NCBI GenBank assembly: GCA_963737905.1 | Contig: CAVTUQ010000007.1 | Span: 1-64,000, forward strand | Length of the DNA: 64,000 nt | DNA from: an uncultured delta proteobacterium | Lineage (GTDB): Bacteria; Desulfobacterota; Binatia; UBA9968 | Direction of reading: 5' to 3' | Shown here: piece by piece, positions 62,779 to 64,000 of the stretch | Layout: each line of letters starts with the position of its first letter | How positions within the stretch are numbered: the first letter of the stretch is position 1 | The notes under the pieces: generated by a model | Told to the model about the DNA's origin: nothing | Database searches by the model: none | The model's input: only the letters and a program-made list of their open reading frames with translations | Program-made: the position numbers and the translations under genes

Positions 62779-64000
62779 TCAACCCGCTAGTGTCGCGCTC
62801 ATGTCGCTCGACGTGCCGCCTGCCGCAGGAACGTAGCACTTCAGTGTGTAATCCATCACCATGCGATCGGCATTGAACCGCCAGCCGAGGGTCCGAATGG
62901 TTCGCTTCATGCGTTTAATCCAGCCCCGCGGCAGGCCGTCGCGGTCGCGCTGGTAGTATAGCGGAATCACTTCTTCGCGAAGAACCCGGTACAAGTCCTC
63001 CCCGTCCCGGGTATCGTGAACACTCATGTTAGAGTGAGTTCTGCCGCTTCCGATGGCGAAGCCGTTCAGGCCGTCGTACGCTTCCGCCCACCAGCCGTCC
63101 AGCACCGAGAGGTTCAGGCCGCCGTTTAAAACCACCTTCTGGCCGCTCGTGCCCGACGCCTCCAGCGGCCGGCGCGGATTGTTCAGCCAAACATCGACAC
63201 CTTGGACGAAATGACGCCCGACGTTGATGTCGTAGTCCTCCACGAAGACGAATTTGTCGGCAAACTGCGGGTCTCGCATTAACTCGGCAATCTGCTGCAA
63301 CACCCGCTTGCCCGGCTCATCGAGGGGATGTGCTTTGCCGGCAAAAACGAACTGCACCGGGCGCTTCGGGTCGTTCACCATGGAGGCGAGATTTTCCATA
63401 TCGGCTAGGATCAAATCGGCCCGCTTGTAAGTCGCAAAGCGGCGCGCAAATCCGACGGTGAGCGCATCCGGACTCAGCACGCGGCCGAACCTCTGCAAGA
63501 TTTCCGGCGATTCTCCACGTCGCTCGGCCTGTTCGACGGCGCGGCTGCGCACAAATTCCAGCAGTCGCTGATTTCAAGCTGAGATGGGTCTCCCAGAGCT
63601 CGCCATCGTCTACGTTCTCGATCCCTTCCCAGATGCGTGCCTCGGCGCTGTGCTGATGCCAGCCGGCTCCCAAGTGTCGGTCGTAGAGACGGAACATTTG
63701 CGGTGACAGCCAGGTGGGAACGTGCACCCCATTGGTGATGTGGCCGATGGGAATCGCGTCTTCTTGCCTGCCGGGATACAGCCCGGTCCACATGGCGCGG
63801 GACACCTCGCCGTGCAAAGCGGAAACGGCATTGGCGCGCCGGGAGAGTTTTAGGCCCAGCACGGTCATGCAGAATGACTCATAGGGGTTATCGGGATTCT
63901 CGCGTCCCAGTGCCATGAGCCTCTCGTGAGAAATACCCAGCTGCTCCCGCAGAAATCCGAGGTGCTCCTCGATAAGGTCGGCGTTAAAGCGGTCGTGACC
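62779..64000 (-). CDS. glgP: Alpha-glucan phosphorylase, 5' end outside the window, frameshift near 63570
   Basis: ANAVSALHG, ITNGVH, FARRFATYKR, AGKAHP, EASGTSGQK, DGWWAE. Confidence 0.93.

Overview
About 64 kb of a moderately GC-rich bacterial chromosome. Gene content (orphan NitT/TauT substrate-binding proteins, ilvC-psd-pssA-leuA-leuB-asd-truA, GTTC(A/C)A intergenic repeats) resembles deltaproteobacteria-like soil lineages such as Ca. Binatia; this is an inference. The left 16.4 kb is an accessory defence region. It has a Type I restriction-modification operon (hsdR-hsdS-cargo-hsdM) whose cargo is an unknown PD-(D/E)xK nuclease, a dead DarT fragment and an unusual large partner + PIN pair. 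It then has a toxin-antitoxin array (MNT, PIN, BrnTA, orphan HicB, MazEF-like) punctuated by three copies of a ~300-450 bp composite repeat. Each copy carries 9-nt GTTC(A/C)A units and the 5' remnant of a REP-associated tyrosine transposase (WHITHRCH). The two full copies end in an outward-facing sigma70 promoter aimed at the next TA cassette. This repeat-organised TA array, and a ~25-nt micro-element that nests inside other repeats, are the most unusual signals. The rest is transport, envelope and housekeeping genes (M48 protease, ABC/TAXI binding proteins, MFS, hybrid kinase, DUF3300/DUF2950, MscS, pcm, nlpD-like, apt, nuoI, thiC, tamAB, ilv/leu cluster, glgP). Many conserved genes carry single-base frameshifts, most likely long-read consensus errors. 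No rRNA, tRNA, CRISPR array, integrase or intact transposase was seen. All family assignments are from motif recognition by eye, not database searches.
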